Below are positions 53,801 through 63,652 of a stretch of DNA of 64,000 nt, one piece after another. How positions within the stretch are numbered: the stretch's first letter is position 1; every line of letters begins with the position of its first letter. Below the pieces are notes generated by a model. The model saw only the letters and a list, made by a program, of their open reading frames with translations. It had not been told where the DNA came from and searched no databases. The stretch lies in contig NZ_CAMGVQ010000003.1 of assembly GCF_946062555.1 (NCBI RefSeq), positions 31,652-95,651 on the forward strand, given 5' to 3'. Source of the DNA: an uncultured Fibrobacter sp. GTDB lineage: Bacteria; Fibrobacterota; Fibrobacteria; Fibrobacterales; Fibrobacteraceae. The position numbers and the translations under genes are program-made.

Positions 53801-54625
53801 AAGGTGGGCGACGCACTCCACAATATCCTCGAACGCATGCGCTTTATGGCATTCGGGGAAAGTTTCAAGTCCCTCGAAGATGCGCTCGGGCACAATCCGA
53901 ATATCGAAACATCAGAACTCGAGAACGTCATCGAGGAGGAATTCAAGGCGCAGTCACTCCCGATAGCCGCCCACAAGAAGGAATGGACCGAAATCACCGC
54001 GCGCCTCGTGTGGAACACGCTGCACGCAAGCCTCCCCGTAATCGAGGGTGCAGAAATCCACCGCGACGCAACCTTCAGGCTGGTAGAACTCCCCCTAAAC
54101 GACCACAAGCCCGAAGTGCAGTTCGGCATGAACGCCTATGCCGGAAACCCGGAGGATAGCGGCACGGACGCACCCCCTGCAGAAACCGAGGCACTTGCGA
54201 TTCTGCACCGCGTGTGCAAGGGTTTCATCGATCTGCTTTTCGTGCGCGAAGTCAACAAGCAAAAACGTTACTCCATCCTTGACTGGAAATCGGACTCGCT
54301 CGAAAACTACGGCGACGCAGAAATCAAGAAAAAGGTGGACGAGGACTATTCCGTCCAGCGGGTGCTCTACAGTTACTGCCTTATCCAGTGGCTCAAGCAG
54401 TTCTACGGCAAGCGCGCCGACGGATCGGGCGAAGGCCTTGACGAACAGCAGATTTTCGAGCAGCACTTCGGCGGTATTTACTACGCGTTCCTCCGCGGTA
54501 CGGACGGTGCCACGGGCAAGGGAATCTACGCGCACACCTGGAAGGATTACGCATCCCTTGAAAATGCATACGGAGAAGTCAAGAAGCTGATGAGCAAGAA
54601 AAAGAAGGACGAGGGAGAAAACTAA
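50837..54625 (+). CDS. recB: RecBCD subunit RecB (UvrD-type helicase plus C-terminal PD-(D/E)XK nuclease)
   Basis: Contains IEASAGTGKTYTI, IIDEFQDTN and MTIHASKGLEFPVV. The C-terminus has GFIDLLF...YSILDWKSD. An AGGAG RBS precedes the start. Confidence 0.85.
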   Translation: MSEEINEFKINKFTPSKSIYIEASAGTGKTYTIQLIVARMVAEGTPLKKILIVTYTEKAAGELKDRIRKKIDEVLQKGRIDKSEPELSPEQMANFRKAYQDVDNAAIFTIHSFCQKALKEYAYDAGRPFDMAMVDDSAVEDMVDQYIRDKWSKDDEFIALLREAESTSTLIENLKSYFIKAVDMYKGVDANGKEIVTIDEVEMPKLGEKALSLEELEKIAQAKNFEELVSTLHLEGHLEIFEDNTDKFFTKKNTGPIPEFLSSLKKWKKGSPLYDGSFKDGKCPQEDWPKDMYASFCYLKELKGFLSDIDKKVEKVKLHKFLIAHTPQLFDAWQAYKAENKLQSFNDMILSVHKAVMEPGSALKERLSAQYTYAIIDEFQDTNQLQWDIFSNVFKNFVVGDPKQSIYSFQGADVNVYKKATGEIGKKIDLVHNFRSTDGIINGCNALFSGNYFAPAEGMPELVKFTDSYPPDGENADQKKKAPEIDGNEVRSIWLSEKDVSADSFAATAVAHIIDWCSFREDGKTTRLQVFDKDYGKPGHDSVLKNVTFKDFAILAKSRSEMENIESIMRSVGVPYTQYKETNLFRSRECAEWISLFRAINAPDFSSWNRQLLSEVLITDFFKDVVAERERATRGSEQSSGLEELHYAESKEFDDPNNPERLQIASWKTLALKRRYAEMLERIYDDTQIEYRLMDVSRLQSMARLRQIGNYAIDYLYNHRCSLDDLIRHLQGLARYEESADDENGDLVEKGSDFNAVQVMTIHASKGLEFPVVISVAGFKQLPNSKPPYITHGKDESLHLGFGDTAKECRQREEMEEWKRLFYVDFTRASSLLLIPRYDVWYNKPNKNEPATKSGYFKHVHFLMDALENFAEKSTNLYDRLLKSDQWVTAQEGIAEKANLVKDILARTNVANSNTVDLDKAITEQKVEIASLQGKVASASIMQYSYSSLSGRAETPIAEADDSRTEKEGESTAEEIPVPGMENYPRGTKVGDALHNILERMRFMAFGESFKSLEDALGHNPNIETSELENVIEEEFKAQSLPIAAHKKEWTEITARLVWNTLHASLPVIEGAEIHRDATFRLVELPLNDHKPEVQFGMNAYAGNPEDSGTDAPPAETEALAILHRVCKGFIDLLFVREVNKQKRYSILDWKSDSLENYGDAEIKKKVDEDYSVQRVLYSYCLIQWLKQFYGKRADGSGEGLDEQQIFEQHFGGIYYAFLRGTDGATGKGIYAHTWKDYASLENAYGEVKKLMSKKKKDEGEN

Positions 54626-54626
54626 T

Positions 54627-56738
54627 ATGGATACGAAGATGATAGATACGTTCTTTGACACGCTCAAGGAAATGCGCGGCATCGCCGAGCTCGACAAGCA
54701 CCTCCTTCACGCACTGTTCCGGATGCAGCCCGACATTAGTGAATCCGCACAGAAATTCCTGTGTCTCTGCTTTTCGCTCTGGGACGATGGCAACACGCGC
54801 ATCCTGCTAGATGCCGACGAATTCTTAAAACGCTGGACGCGCAAGTGGAACGGGCTGCTCCTCCTGAAGGAAACTTCCGGCCACGCGACCACTTCTACAG
54901 CCAACATTGGTGATTTTGAACAAATTATTAGTGCGGGTGTAGAGGAGATTCTCCACAACTGCGCTAGCAAATTTACAAGCATCATTTCTACTCTCGAGAC
55001 AAGCGAAGTCAGCGAAGGCGCCATATCCACCCCGCTCATACTGACACGCGTCGCGGGCGAGCACCCCTACCTATACCTCGACAGGCTTTTCCGGGCGAAA
55101 ATCCTCATCGAGAAATACGCCGGCACGCTCTTCAAGGACGGCAGCGACAAATTGCCGAGCGAGGCGGATATCGAAAGCATCCAGAAAAAAATTGCAGGCA
55201 TCGCCACGTATAAGAAGGGCAATCAAGTCCTTCCATTAAATCTGAACGCAGAACAGGCGCAGGCCGTAATCCGCGGACAGCGCGAAAACCTCATCATCAC
55301 GGGCGGGCCCGGCACCGGAAAGACAACCGTCGTGCTGTACATCCTATGGAGCCTTCTGACTCAAGACGACCTGAAGACTCCCAACGACGAAACATGCTGC
55401 TGTTCCATCTACCTCGCGGCACCCAGCGGCAAGGCGGCCGACCGCATGCAAGAAAGCCTGCAGAACGGGCTCAAGGGCATAAGGGATGCATTCAAGTATG
55501 AGGCCGGTTCGGGCCACACCGCCGAGAAGAAGGAATCAAGAGTCTACAAGAAGCTCAAGGATCTCGAAGGTTCCACCATCCATCGCCTGCTCAAGTATTC
55601 CAGGAGCAACAACGGATTCTCGTACAACGCAAAGGAACAGTTCTCCGAAAAATCCATCTTCGTGATTGACGAAGCGAGCATGATCGATATCAACCTGTTC
55701 GCATCGCTCCTGCAAGCCATCCCCGAAGGTGCCAAGATTTTCATTCTCGGTGACCCGTACCAGTTGCCTTCCGTAGACGCGGGTGCCGTGCTGGGCGAAA
55801 TTCTCAAGCCCAGGTCAAAGAAGGATTTCACCGTCAGGCTCATAAAGTCGAACCGCTTTACCGACGATTCCGTCATCGGGAATCTCGCAAAAGAAATCAA
55901 GGCTTGCGCCGAAGACAAGAACATCGCCGCTCCTGTCCACAGGTTCTCTCTGCATCCGGCGCTTGATAGCACCGTAGCGCCGGACGCTCCCGCGAAAGAC
56001 TCCGGCACGGAAGTTCCCGCACAAAGCGAGAACCTCCCGAAGGACGCGGTATTCTACTACTCGCTCCCCGCAGGCACGCAAACCAAGAAACAGGAAACTG
56101 ACACCCTCGAGAAAATTCTCAAGACCTGGATTGGCGGTTTCTATGAACTTCCGAAGATGGCTCTCGAAATTGACCCGGAAAATCCGGACAAGGACAAGTG
56201 CGAGGCAATCTGGGAACTCTCGCTTAAAAAGAGAATCCTCTCGGCAGAACGCCGCGGAATCTACGGTGTAGAACAAATTAACAAGTCTGCGTGCAAGCTC
56301 ATTCGGGATTACGGCGCCAAGAAATTCACCGACCGCTATTTCCCGGGAGAACTCCTGATGATTACCCAGAACCAGGCAATGTACAAGCTGTACAATGGCG
56401 ATACAGGTATCGTGGTGTACAAGGATTCCACACCGTACATCATGCTCAAGAAGGCGAGCGAGAATGAAACAGGCTTCGTGTTCTATCCGCTTTCCTGGTT
56501 CCCGACCGATGCCGTGGAACCGGCCTTCGCGATTACCATCCACAAGTCGCAGGGCTCCGAGTACGATCACGTGACGATGTTCCTCCCTAAACAGGAAGGC
56601 CACCCACTTTTGAACAACCAGATTCTCTACACGGGAATCACTCGTGCGAAGAAGACCGTGACCATCATCGCGACCGAGGAAACCTTCAATGCGGCTTGTG
56701 AGACTGTCATTGAGCGTGACACAGGTATCGAGTTGTAG
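54627..56738 (+). CDS. recD: RecBCD subunit RecD (SF1 helicase)
   Basis: Contains ITGGPGTGKTT, FVIDEASMID, ILGDPYQLPSVDAG and AITIHKSQGSEYDHV. Confidence 0.85.
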   Translation: MDTKMIDTFFDTLKEMRGIAELDKHLLHALFRMQPDISESAQKFLCLCFSLWDDGNTRILLDADEFLKRWTRKWNGLLLLKETSGHATTSTANIGDFEQIISAGVEEILHNCASKFTSIISTLETSEVSEGAISTPLILTRVAGEHPYLYLDRLFRAKILIEKYAGTLFKDGSDKLPSEADIESIQKKIAGIATYKKGNQVLPLNLNAEQAQAVIRGQRENLIITGGPGTGKTTVVLYILWSLLTQDDLKTPNDETCCCSIYLAAPSGKAADRMQESLQNGLKGIRDAFKYEAGSGHTAEKKESRVYKKLKDLEGSTIHRLLKYSRSNNGFSYNAKEQFSEKSIFVIDEASMIDINLFASLLQAIPEGAKIFILGDPYQLPSVDAGAVLGEILKPRSKKDFTVRLIKSNRFTDDSVIGNLAKEIKACAEDKNIAAPVHRFSLHPALDSTVAPDAPAKDSGTEVPAQSENLPKDAVFYYSLPAGTQTKKQETDTLEKILKTWIGGFYELPKMALEIDPENPDKDKCEAIWELSLKKRILSAERRGIYGVEQINKSACKLIRDYGAKKFTDRYFPGELLMITQNQAMYKLYNGDTGIVVYKDSTPYIMLKKASENETGFVFYPLSWFPTDAVEPAFAITIHKSQGSEYDHVTMFLPKQEGHPLLNNQILYTGITRAKKTVTIIATEETFNAACETVIERDTGIEL

Positions 56739-56953
56739 GGCTCGGTGTCCCGGTTACTGACAGCGGCGTTCCATTCATAGGGTGTAGCGACCTGATTCCG
56801 CCCCAAAACCGCGAATTTTGCCGAAAAATCCGTTTTTGGTAGAATTTTGCCGTTCGGGGTGTTGAAAAATGCTGTTGTAAAAAATGCAACGGAATTCGTC
56901 AGCATTTTGTAATATGTAAACTTTTTCTACCTTTTATTGGGTAAATTATAGGC

Positions 56954-57811
56954 ATGCCTGAAGTATTAGACTATTTGGAATACCGCGAGTTCCTGAGGGA
57001 CTGGTTTGTCGAGACCAAGAAAGGCAGCCCGTTTACTTCGTACCGTTATCTCGGCCAGAAGACCGGCGTGGACCCGGCCTGGCTTGTGCGCGTGTTCCAG
57101 AAAGAGGGACACCTGAACGAGAGCACGCTTCCCGCGTTCATTCGTATCTGCGGCCTGGACGACCGCCGTGCCGAATACTTCAAGACTTTGTACCGTTTTA
57201 ATAAGACCAAGGCGAAACAGGCTCTTTCGGAATTGTATTACCGGCTTATGGAGCTCCGTTCTATGGAAACGCGAGTCCTGTCGACACCTGAACTTTCGTA
57301 TTTCGGTAGCTGGGCCTGTGCGGCTCTCCGTGCTCTGATCGGCATCACCAAGGACACGAGCGATGTCGGCAAGCTCGCCAAGGGGCTGAATCCGCCCATT
57401 TCGCAGGACGAGGCGCGCTCGGCGCTCGGAATCCTGAAGCAGCTTGGCCTTGTGGTTCCCGACGGCAACGGCGGCTGGAACATTACCGACCAGATTATCA
57501 GTACCGGTGGCGAAGTCAAGAGCCAGGCGGTGCGCGATTTCCATAGGCATACTCTCGAGCTCGCCCAGGAATCGATTGACCGCCATAAACCCGAGGAACG
57601 AGACATTTCGTCGGTCGTGTTTACTGCCGACGAATCCGACCTGCCCGAAATTCGTCACCGCATCGAGGAATTCCGTCGCGGCTTGCTGCAGTTTGCCCGC
57701 CAGAGCGAACGTGCCGACCGTGTGTACGCTTTGAATATCGCGATGTTCCCCCTTTCCGACAAGGTGGACGACCCTGATACGGGTGGCTCCCCGCAAAACA
57801 AGGGGGTCTAA
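56954..57811 (+). CDS. TIGR02147/DUF4423-type protein (a paralogous family expanded in Fibrobacter)
   Basis: The N-terminus LDYLEYREFLRDWFVETKKGSPFTSYRYLGQKTGVDPAWLVRVFQKEGHLN matches the family pattern as I remember it. Confidence 0.5.
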   Translation: MPEVLDYLEYREFLRDWFVETKKGSPFTSYRYLGQKTGVDPAWLVRVFQKEGHLNESTLPAFIRICGLDDRRAEYFKTLYRFNKTKAKQALSELYYRLMELRSMETRVLSTPELSYFGSWACAALRALIGITKDTSDVGKLAKGLNPPISQDEARSALGILKQLGLVVPDGNGGWNITDQIISTGGEVKSQAVRDFHRHTLELAQESIDRHKPEERDISSVVFTADESDLPEIRHRIEEFRRGLLQFARQSERADRVYALNIAMFPLSDKVDDPDTGGSPQNKGV

Positions 57812-57867
57812 TGTTCGGTTGCAATGAAATTTTGTATTTTTGGAATGTGCAACGTAAATCGTTCGAC

Positions 57868-59085
57868 ATGGCCCGTACGGCAAAGACCGTATCTTCTGCA
57901 GCCTTGCTCCTGATTTTGGGGCTGGGTCTTTCGGCATGTGGCGATGGCGGCACCAAGACGGCAGGCGGTGGCCCGAGCGGTACCGAGGCGGGTAACGCCA
58001 TTACTGCCGAAATTTTGACTGCGGACAAGGCTCCTGCGGCTTTGGCTAGGGTTCGCCTGATGGACAGCGAAGGCCTGGATTGCGATAAGGCTTATTCCGC
58101 CCAGACCGACAAGAAGGGTAGAGTGACTATCGAGGGCGTGACCGAAGGCGACTATACGCTAGAGGCGAGTCTCAATGGCGAAGCTCTGCAGATTCCGGTC
58201 AAGGTTTCCGGCAAGGATGTTGACTTGGGCAGCGATGAGCTCAAGAAAATGGCGACGGTGTCGGGCAGTGTGGGCGATCCTTCTGCCAATGGTACAGTCA
58301 AAGTTCGCGGTATGGAACACTCCGCCAGGGTGGTGGACGGCTCTTTTACGCTCGATTCACTTCCCGAAGGCGCGCTTAGCTTGGTGTTCATTTCTGATGC
58401 CGATCATCAGGACACGACGAGCACTTACCTGAAGGCGGTTGCCGGTGAAAAGTCTACTTCCAGTACGTTCGCCGAAGAAAGCCGTGCGCTCCTGCTCGAC
58501 GATTTCCAGGATTCCAACTACCAGAACCGCTTTATGCCGGCCCGCACCTACGATGGGGGCTGGTGGTTCTTCAGCTATTCCGAAAAAACGGTGACTCCTG
58601 ACAGCACGCTTATTTTCGGCAACAATCACATCTTTAAGCTCGAAAATGAAGACGGAAATATTGTGGCCCATGTGGCTGCCGAGATGGGCGAAACCTTTGA
58701 AGATTCTACCGGCGAACAATATTGGGCGTGGGCAACAATGGGTGTTGAACTTGGCAAGAGCGACAAGAAACTTTGTAACGACATCTCGTCGGTCGATTCC
58801 GTCGCATTCCGCATCAAGGGTAAGGGAATCATTGTCTTTACCGTGGTCGATGCGAACTTGCCGATAGAAGACCAGAAGATAGCCAGGTTTGAATACAGGA
58901 TGTCTGACGAATGGGAGCGTGTGAGCGTTCCGCTGGCCGATATTTTGAATAGCCGGTATTCGTACAAATGTGTGGACCAGCTCGACTGGGATTTCAAGAC
59001 TAACCCTGCAGAACCGGTTGTGGAAATCTGGCTCGACGATATCGAACTGATCGGCGGTGACCGCCTGTCCATTTGGGAAAAATAG
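57868..59085 (+). CDS. Lipoprotein with a carboxypeptidase-regulatory-like beta-sandwich and a C-terminal carbohydrate-binding-like domain
   Basis: Lipobox LGLSAC. Contains ARVRLMDSEG...TDKKGRVTIEGVTEGDYTLEA. The ORF opens at 57811 and its start overlaps the upstream stop. Confidence 0.5.
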   Translation: MARTAKTVSSAALLLILGLGLSACGDGGTKTAGGGPSGTEAGNAITAEILTADKAPAALARVRLMDSEGLDCDKAYSAQTDKKGRVTIEGVTEGDYTLEASLNGEALQIPVKVSGKDVDLGSDELKKMATVSGSVGDPSANGTVKVRGMEHSARVVDGSFTLDSLPEGALSLVFISDADHQDTTSTYLKAVAGEKSTSSTFAEESRALLLDDFQDSNYQNRFMPARTYDGGWWFFSYSEKTVTPDSTLIFGNNHIFKLENEDGNIVAHVAAEMGETFEDSTGEQYWAWATMGVELGKSDKKLCNDISSVDSVAFRIKGKGIIVFTVVDANLPIEDQKIARFEYRMSDEWERVSVPLADILNSRYSYKCVDQLDWDFKTNPAEPVVEIWLDDIELIGGDRLSIWEK

Positions 59086-59885
59086 TGCCAGTTCGTTCTG
59101 TAACTAGCAACCAAGAAGACATCTATAGGAATTTAGAAGCCGTGGTGCGCAAGTACGCTTCCACGACTTTTTTGCGCCCTGTGGCGGACCATACTCGCGA
59201 GGCGTTTGAGAAGGTTTGCGAGTTCGTCTACAATTTCTATGCTGCGCGCAATACAGGGGGCGTGGGTGCAGACCGTGTCGGTGCAGATTGCGTTGAATTG
59301 GTCCTCGATTCCGGTTGCGGTACCGGCGAAAGTACGCTCCACTTGGCAAGGAAATTCCCGAATGTTCCGGTTATCGGAATAGACAAGTCGGCGGTGCGCC
59401 TGACCAAGGCGGGGAACGGACGGCAGCTGGAAAGTGCTGCGGAAAGTGGGTCGTGTGGCGCCCCCGCAGGTGCGTCTACCGGGATGGCTGTACCTTTGAA
59501 TGCATTTTGGGTGCGCGCGGAACTGCTCGATTTCTGGCGGCTTGCGCTTGAGAAGGTGTTGGCGGGGGAGTGGGAAATTTTGCACCATGCGCTCTACTAT
59601 CCGAACCCGTGGCCCAAGGAAAGCGAAGCGACCCGGCGCTTTCATTTACATCCGATTTTCCCGACGATGCTCCGGTTGGCTCCCGTGACGGAACTCCGTA
59701 CCAACTGGGAAATTTACGCTCGCGAATTTGCCGAGGCGGCCCGCATCGCTGGCGACTGTCTCTCGTTAAATGTTCATGTCGAGTGCGCGGATTTTAGTCC
59801 CGAGAATCCTGAAACGGCTTTCGAACGCAAGTACAAAAATGCCTGCCAGCAACTGTGGCAGGTTCTCGTTTGCTCGAGTTGTTAA
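59073..59885 (+). CDS. Class I SAM-dependent methyltransferase, TrmB-like
   Basis: Contains VLDSGCGTGESTLHLARKFPNVPVIGIDKS (motif I) and YYPNPWPK, which resembles the TrmB PDPWxK motif. Confidence 0.45.
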   Translation: MGKIVPVRSVTSNQEDIYRNLEAVVRKYASTTFLRPVADHTREAFEKVCEFVYNFYAARNTGGVGADRVGADCVELVLDSGCGTGESTLHLARKFPNVPVIGIDKSAVRLTKAGNGRQLESAAESGSCGAPAGASTGMAVPLNAFWVRAELLDFWRLALEKVLAGEWEILHHALYYPNPWPKESEATRRFHLHPIFPTMLRLAPVTELRTNWEIYAREFAEAARIAGDCLSLNVHVECADFSPENPETAFERKYKNACQQLWQVLVCSSC

Positions 59886-59899
59886 TTCCGAATTCCGAA

Positions 59900-61120
59900 T
59901 TATAGTCTATCCTTGATCCACTTGAGGAATGCCTTGTTGTTCCTGGTGAACTTGACTTCGATCGGGGCGCCTTCCTTTACGATAAATTCAGAGAGTCCGT
60001 ATTTGCGGTCCGGATTTCCCCAGTCGTAGGTGTAGCCGAGTCTGGTCCACGGATGTCCGCCGTCCCTGCTGTAGATGGTGGCACTCGTCTTGTCGAACCA
60101 GTTCTTGAACCACATCGCGTTTTCGCTCATGTCTTCTTCAAAGGAGTTCGAGAAGGTGGTATTCATGAGTCCACTGTTGATTTCGGGATAGTAGGCGGGA
60201 CGGAATACGTCGGATACGTTCGCCCAGAATACGGTAAAGTAGTTGTTGTTGGTTTCCGGCGACATGCCGATGAGCTGCTTGAGTCGCAGATCCCAGTTGT
60301 CGACTTTTTCGTGGTTTTCGCGGAACCAGCTGAGGAATTCCTTGTCGGTGAACGCCCAGACGACCTTGTCGGTATGCGATATGGTCTGGCCATCCTTGAA
60401 TTCGTCGGGGCTGTTGTGCCAGGTGACCAGGATAACCTGCGAGTTGTCGCCGCTCAGGCTCGCCATGTCGGAATTGCCTTCGATGGAAACAAGCGGGTAG
60501 ATGTCGTCTGCGGTCAGGCTCTTGGCTTTCTTGACGGCCTCGGCGTAGAGTTCGCGGTTGAGCGAGTCGCGGTCCATGAAGGTGACGACGTTGCCCTTGG
60601 TGTCGATGACATCGCAGTAGGGAATGTTCGGGTAGCCCGCGGCGACTTCGTTCCGTTCGAAGAATTCCTTGAGGAGTGCGTCGTTGTGCGAGAACAGGTT
60701 GTCGTTGTCGAGGAAAGAAATGACGATTTTGCAGAATCCCTGGTCGGGAATCTTGACGGCGTAGGGGAATGCCTTCTTGCCGTTGTCGGTGGTGTCGAGC
60801 TTGAGCCTGGTCTCGTCATCGCCGCAGCTGTATTCGTAGCTGTAGAGCGGGGCGATTCCCGGCTTCATTTCGCTGATGAACAGGTTGTCCTGTTCGTTGC
60901 TCCAGCCGGACTTGACCATGATTTTCTGGGGGCCGAGCGTCATGTACTGCGGCATCACGTTTTCGCAGTAGAAGGCCGACTGGCGGAATACGCCGATAAT
61001 GCCAGTCTTGTTACGGTAAACATCGGGGTCGTTGGGCTTGGGTCCCTTGGAGCAACCCGTAAGCGCGGCAATGGAAATGGCGATAGAAACGGAAAGTTTA
61101 AGGAGTGATTTCTTCTTCAT
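59900..61120 (-). CDS. Lipoprotein, function unknown
   Basis: 406 aa with the lipobox LTGCS. I treat the 351-aa antisense ORF as a shadow. Confidence 0.6.
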   Translation of the reverse strand: MKKKSLLKLSVSIAISIAALTGCSKGPKPNDPDVYRNKTGIIGVFRQSAFYCENVMPQYMTLGPQKIMVKSGWSNEQDNLFISEMKPGIAPLYSYEYSCGDDETRLKLDTTDNGKKAFPYAVKIPDQGFCKIVISFLDNDNLFSHNDALLKEFFERNEVAAGYPNIPYCDVIDTKGNVVTFMDRDSLNRELYAEAVKKAKSLTADDIYPLVSIEGNSDMASLSGDNSQVILVTWHNSPDEFKDGQTISHTDKVVWAFTDKEFLSWFRENHEKVDNWDLRLKQLIGMSPETNNNYFTVFWANVSDVFRPAYYPEINSGLMNTTFSNSFEEDMSENAMWFKNWFDKTSATIYSRDGGHPWTRLGYTYDWGNPDRKYGLSEFIVKEGAPIEVKFTRNNKAFLKWIKDRL

Positions 61121-61214
61121 CGCGGCTAAATATATAAAGAATGGATTGTTCCTATGACAATCCGGTCCGTTAAAAGCTATCTTTTAACTCGTAAAAAACA
61201 TAACGAGGTCTATC

Positions 61215-61475
61215 ATGACGTTTGAAGAAATGTTCGCACTGGCCTGCCAGCGCAAGAAGGAAATGCCCGAAGGCAAGGGTACCACGGAACTTTTCAAGAA
61301 GGGCCCGCACGGTATCGGCAAGAAGCTGGTCGAAGAAGCTGCCGAAAGCTGGATGGCCGCCCGTTTTGAAAGCCGCGACGCCCAGTGCCTCGAACTTTCC
61401 CAGGTGCTTTACTATGTGGCCGTGATGATGGCCGAAAAAGGTCTCACCCTCGAAGAAGTGTACGCAAAACTATGA
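61215..61475 (+). CDS. hisE: Phosphoribosyl-ATP pyrophosphatase
   Basis: 86 aa. Contains GKGTTELFKKGPHGIGKKLVEEAAESWMA...ELSQVLYYVAVMMAEKGLTLEEVYAKL. An ATGA overlap links it to hisG. Confidence 0.7.
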   Translation: MTFEEMFALACQRKKEMPEGKGTTELFKKGPHGIGKKLVEEAAESWMAARFESRDAQCLELSQVLYYVAVMMAEKGLTLEEVYAKL

Positions 61476-62311
61476 TTAAGGTAGCTCTCCCGAATAAGGG
61501 CATGCTCTTTGAGCCCACCCAGGAACTTCTGAAGGCTTGCGGCTACAAGGCTTCCAAGCCGTACAAGACATTGACGCAATTCGATACCAAGAACGGGATT
61601 GAGTTTTTCTTTCTCCGTCCGAGCGACATCCCCATGTACGTGGGTCGTGGCATTATCGACGCGGGTATTACCGGAATCGACTTCAACGCCGAAGCCAAGA
61701 GCCCGGCGGTCAAGGTTCTCGACCTGCCTTATGGCGCCTCCAAGATGTGCGCCGCCGTGCCGAACGAGAGCCCGGTGCAGTCCCTCGATGAACTGAAGAA
61801 TTCCACTATCGCCACCAGCTTCCCGAACATCGTCGAAGGCTACTACAAGAAGCCGATGGATTTCGTGGTGCTCGAAGGCGCCGTCGAAATCTCGGTGAGT
61901 CTCGGCGTGGCCGATGCCATTGTCGACGTGGTCGAAACGGGTACGACGCTCAAGCAGGCTGGACTGCGTATCGTGGGAGAGCCGCTCTTCCGTAGCAATG
62001 CGGCCCTGTTCTGCAACCCGCAGAAGACCGAACTCGAAGAGGTCAACACGCTTATCCGCCGCATCGAGGGCAAGCTCGTTGCCCAGTCGTACATGATGAT
62101 CGAGTACGATTGCCCGGCCGAACTGCTGCAGAAGGCTTGCGAACTGACTCCGGGTCTCGACGCCCCGACGGTGACCAAGTTGCACGGCCGCGAATGGTAT
62201 TCCGTGAAGGCGATGGTTCCGCAGGAAGAAGCCAATTCCATCATGGACAAGCTCTGGGATGCCGGCGCACGCAGCATTCTCCTGTTCGGTATCAAGAGCG
62301 CTAGAATTTAA
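61472..62311 (+). CDS. hisG: ATP phosphoribosyltransferase, long form
   Basis: Contains MIKVALPNKGMLFEPTQELLKACGY...FFFLRPSDIPMYVGRGIIDAGITGID...VETGTTLKQAGL. Confidence 0.8.
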   Translation: MIKVALPNKGMLFEPTQELLKACGYKASKPYKTLTQFDTKNGIEFFFLRPSDIPMYVGRGIIDAGITGIDFNAEAKSPAVKVLDLPYGASKMCAAVPNESPVQSLDELKNSTIATSFPNIVEGYYKKPMDFVVLEGAVEISVSLGVADAIVDVVETGTTLKQAGLRIVGEPLFRSNAALFCNPQKTELEEVNTLIRRIEGKLVAQSYMMIEYDCPAELLQKACELTPGLDAPTVTKLHGREWYSVKAMVPQEEANSIMDKLWDAGARSILLFGIKSARI

Positions 62312-62416
62312 CGCGGAGCGTTAAATTCAGTATGCAGTGGTTAGTGATTAGTACACAGTCCGTAAGGCGAAACGTTCCTCCTAACCACTAACCACCAAAC
62401 ACTAATCACCTTTGAA

Positions 62417-63652
62417 ATGCATTCTCTCGCTTACCTAGCCCGTCAGCCGATTCTCGATCGCGATGGAAAAATTTACGCCTACGAACTCCTGTTCCGTGAT
62501 TCGCCCGAAAGCGATATCGCGGTCATTGCTAGCGATGTGCTCGCGACGGCGCAGGTGCTCGAGAACGTGTTGAACAATATCGGCATCCAGCGCCTGATCG
62601 GCAAGAACAAGGCGTTCGTGAACTGCAGCCGTAACATGCTGCTCGACAACCTCTTCGGACTCCTGAACCCGAAGTACTTTGTGCTCGAGGTCCTAGAGGA
62701 TGTCGAAGTTGACGATGCGATTGTGAAGGCTGTCCAGCGCTACAAGGCGCTCGGTTTCGAACTGGCACTCGACGATTTCATTTTCAACGAGGAATTCATC
62801 ACGCGGTTCAAGCCGCTGTTCCCCTACGTGTCTTATGTGAAGATGGACATAGTCGACAATTCGCTTCAGTCGATGGCAGCTGCGGCGACCTTCTTCAAGA
62901 CGATGGGAATCAAGCTCCTCGCCGAAAAGGTGGAAGACGAAGCGACTTTCAAGCGCTGCGAAGAAGCCGGTTACGACTACTTCCAGGGTTTCTTCTTTGC
63001 AAAGCCCGAACTGGTGACCGGCCGCAAGATCGACGCTACTTCGGCGACTATCCTGCAACTGCTCCTCCGCATCAAGTCGCGTCCGAGCCTTGAGGATCTA
63101 TGCGACACCCTTTCGGCTCACGAGGATATCTCGCAGAACCTGCTCCGTTTCGTGAACTCCGATGCGCAGACCAGGCACGGCCGTATCGCTTCCGTCAAGG
63201 ATGCCATCGTATGGGTCGGTATGCAGCGGATCCAGGAGTGGCTGATGCTTATGCTCTACGCGCGCCCAGAACTTGGCATGACTCCGCAGAGTTCGCCCCT
63301 GTTCCAGAACGCGAGCCACCGTGCGAAGTTCCTGGAAAGCCTCGCCCGCACCATCGACGAGAATGACGACGATTTCTGCGCGAAGGCGTTCATGGTCGGC
63401 CTCATAAGCCGTATGGATGCACTTGTGCGCGCCCCGCTCGAGACGATCCTTCCGGATGCTCCGGCCGATGACGAAATGCAGGAAGCGCTCCTTAACCGCA
63501 GTGGCCGTCTGGGAGCCCTCTTGCGCCTGGCCGACGCCGTGGAACTCGACGACCGCGACTCTATCCGCACGAGCCTTTCTGAACTGAAACTGAATTCGGC
63601 ACAGCTGAAACTCTGCATCAACGAGACCTACAGCTTTACCAATGAACATTGA
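62417..63652 (+). CDS. EAL-domain plus HDOD-domain signalling protein
   Basis: Contains ARQPILDRDGKIYAYELLFR, VLEVLEDV, LALDDF, VKMDI, LLAEKVE and GYDYFQGFFFAKPE. A C-terminal HDOD-like helical region follows. Confidence 0.75.
   Translation: MHSLAYLARQPILDRDGKIYAYELLFRDSPESDIAVIASDVLATAQVLENVLNNIGIQRLIGKNKAFVNCSRNMLLDNLFGLLNPKYFVLEVLEDVEVDDAIVKAVQRYKALGFELALDDFIFNEEFITRFKPLFPYVSYVKMDIVDNSLQSMAAAATFFKTMGIKLLAEKVEDEATFKRCEEAGYDYFQGFFFAKPELVTGRKIDATSATILQLLLRIKSRPSLEDLCDTLSAHEDISQNLLRFVNSDAQTRHGRIASVKDAIVWVGMQRIQEWLMLMLYARPELGMTPQSSPLFQNASHRAKFLESLARTIDENDDDFCAKAFMVGLISRMDALVRAPLETILPDAPADDEMQEALLNRSGRLGALLRLADAVELDDRDSIRTSLSELKLNSAQLKLCINETYSFTNEH

Noticed and set aside
62337-62410. The inverted GGTTAGTGATTAGT / ACTAATCAC..CACTAACC words upstream of the EAL-HDOD gene, as a regulatory hairpin.
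   Set aside because: The arms are imperfect and interrupted. GTGATTAGTGA also occurs at 9361, so it looks like another dispersed short repeat. The evidence is insufficient to call a terminator or riboswitch.
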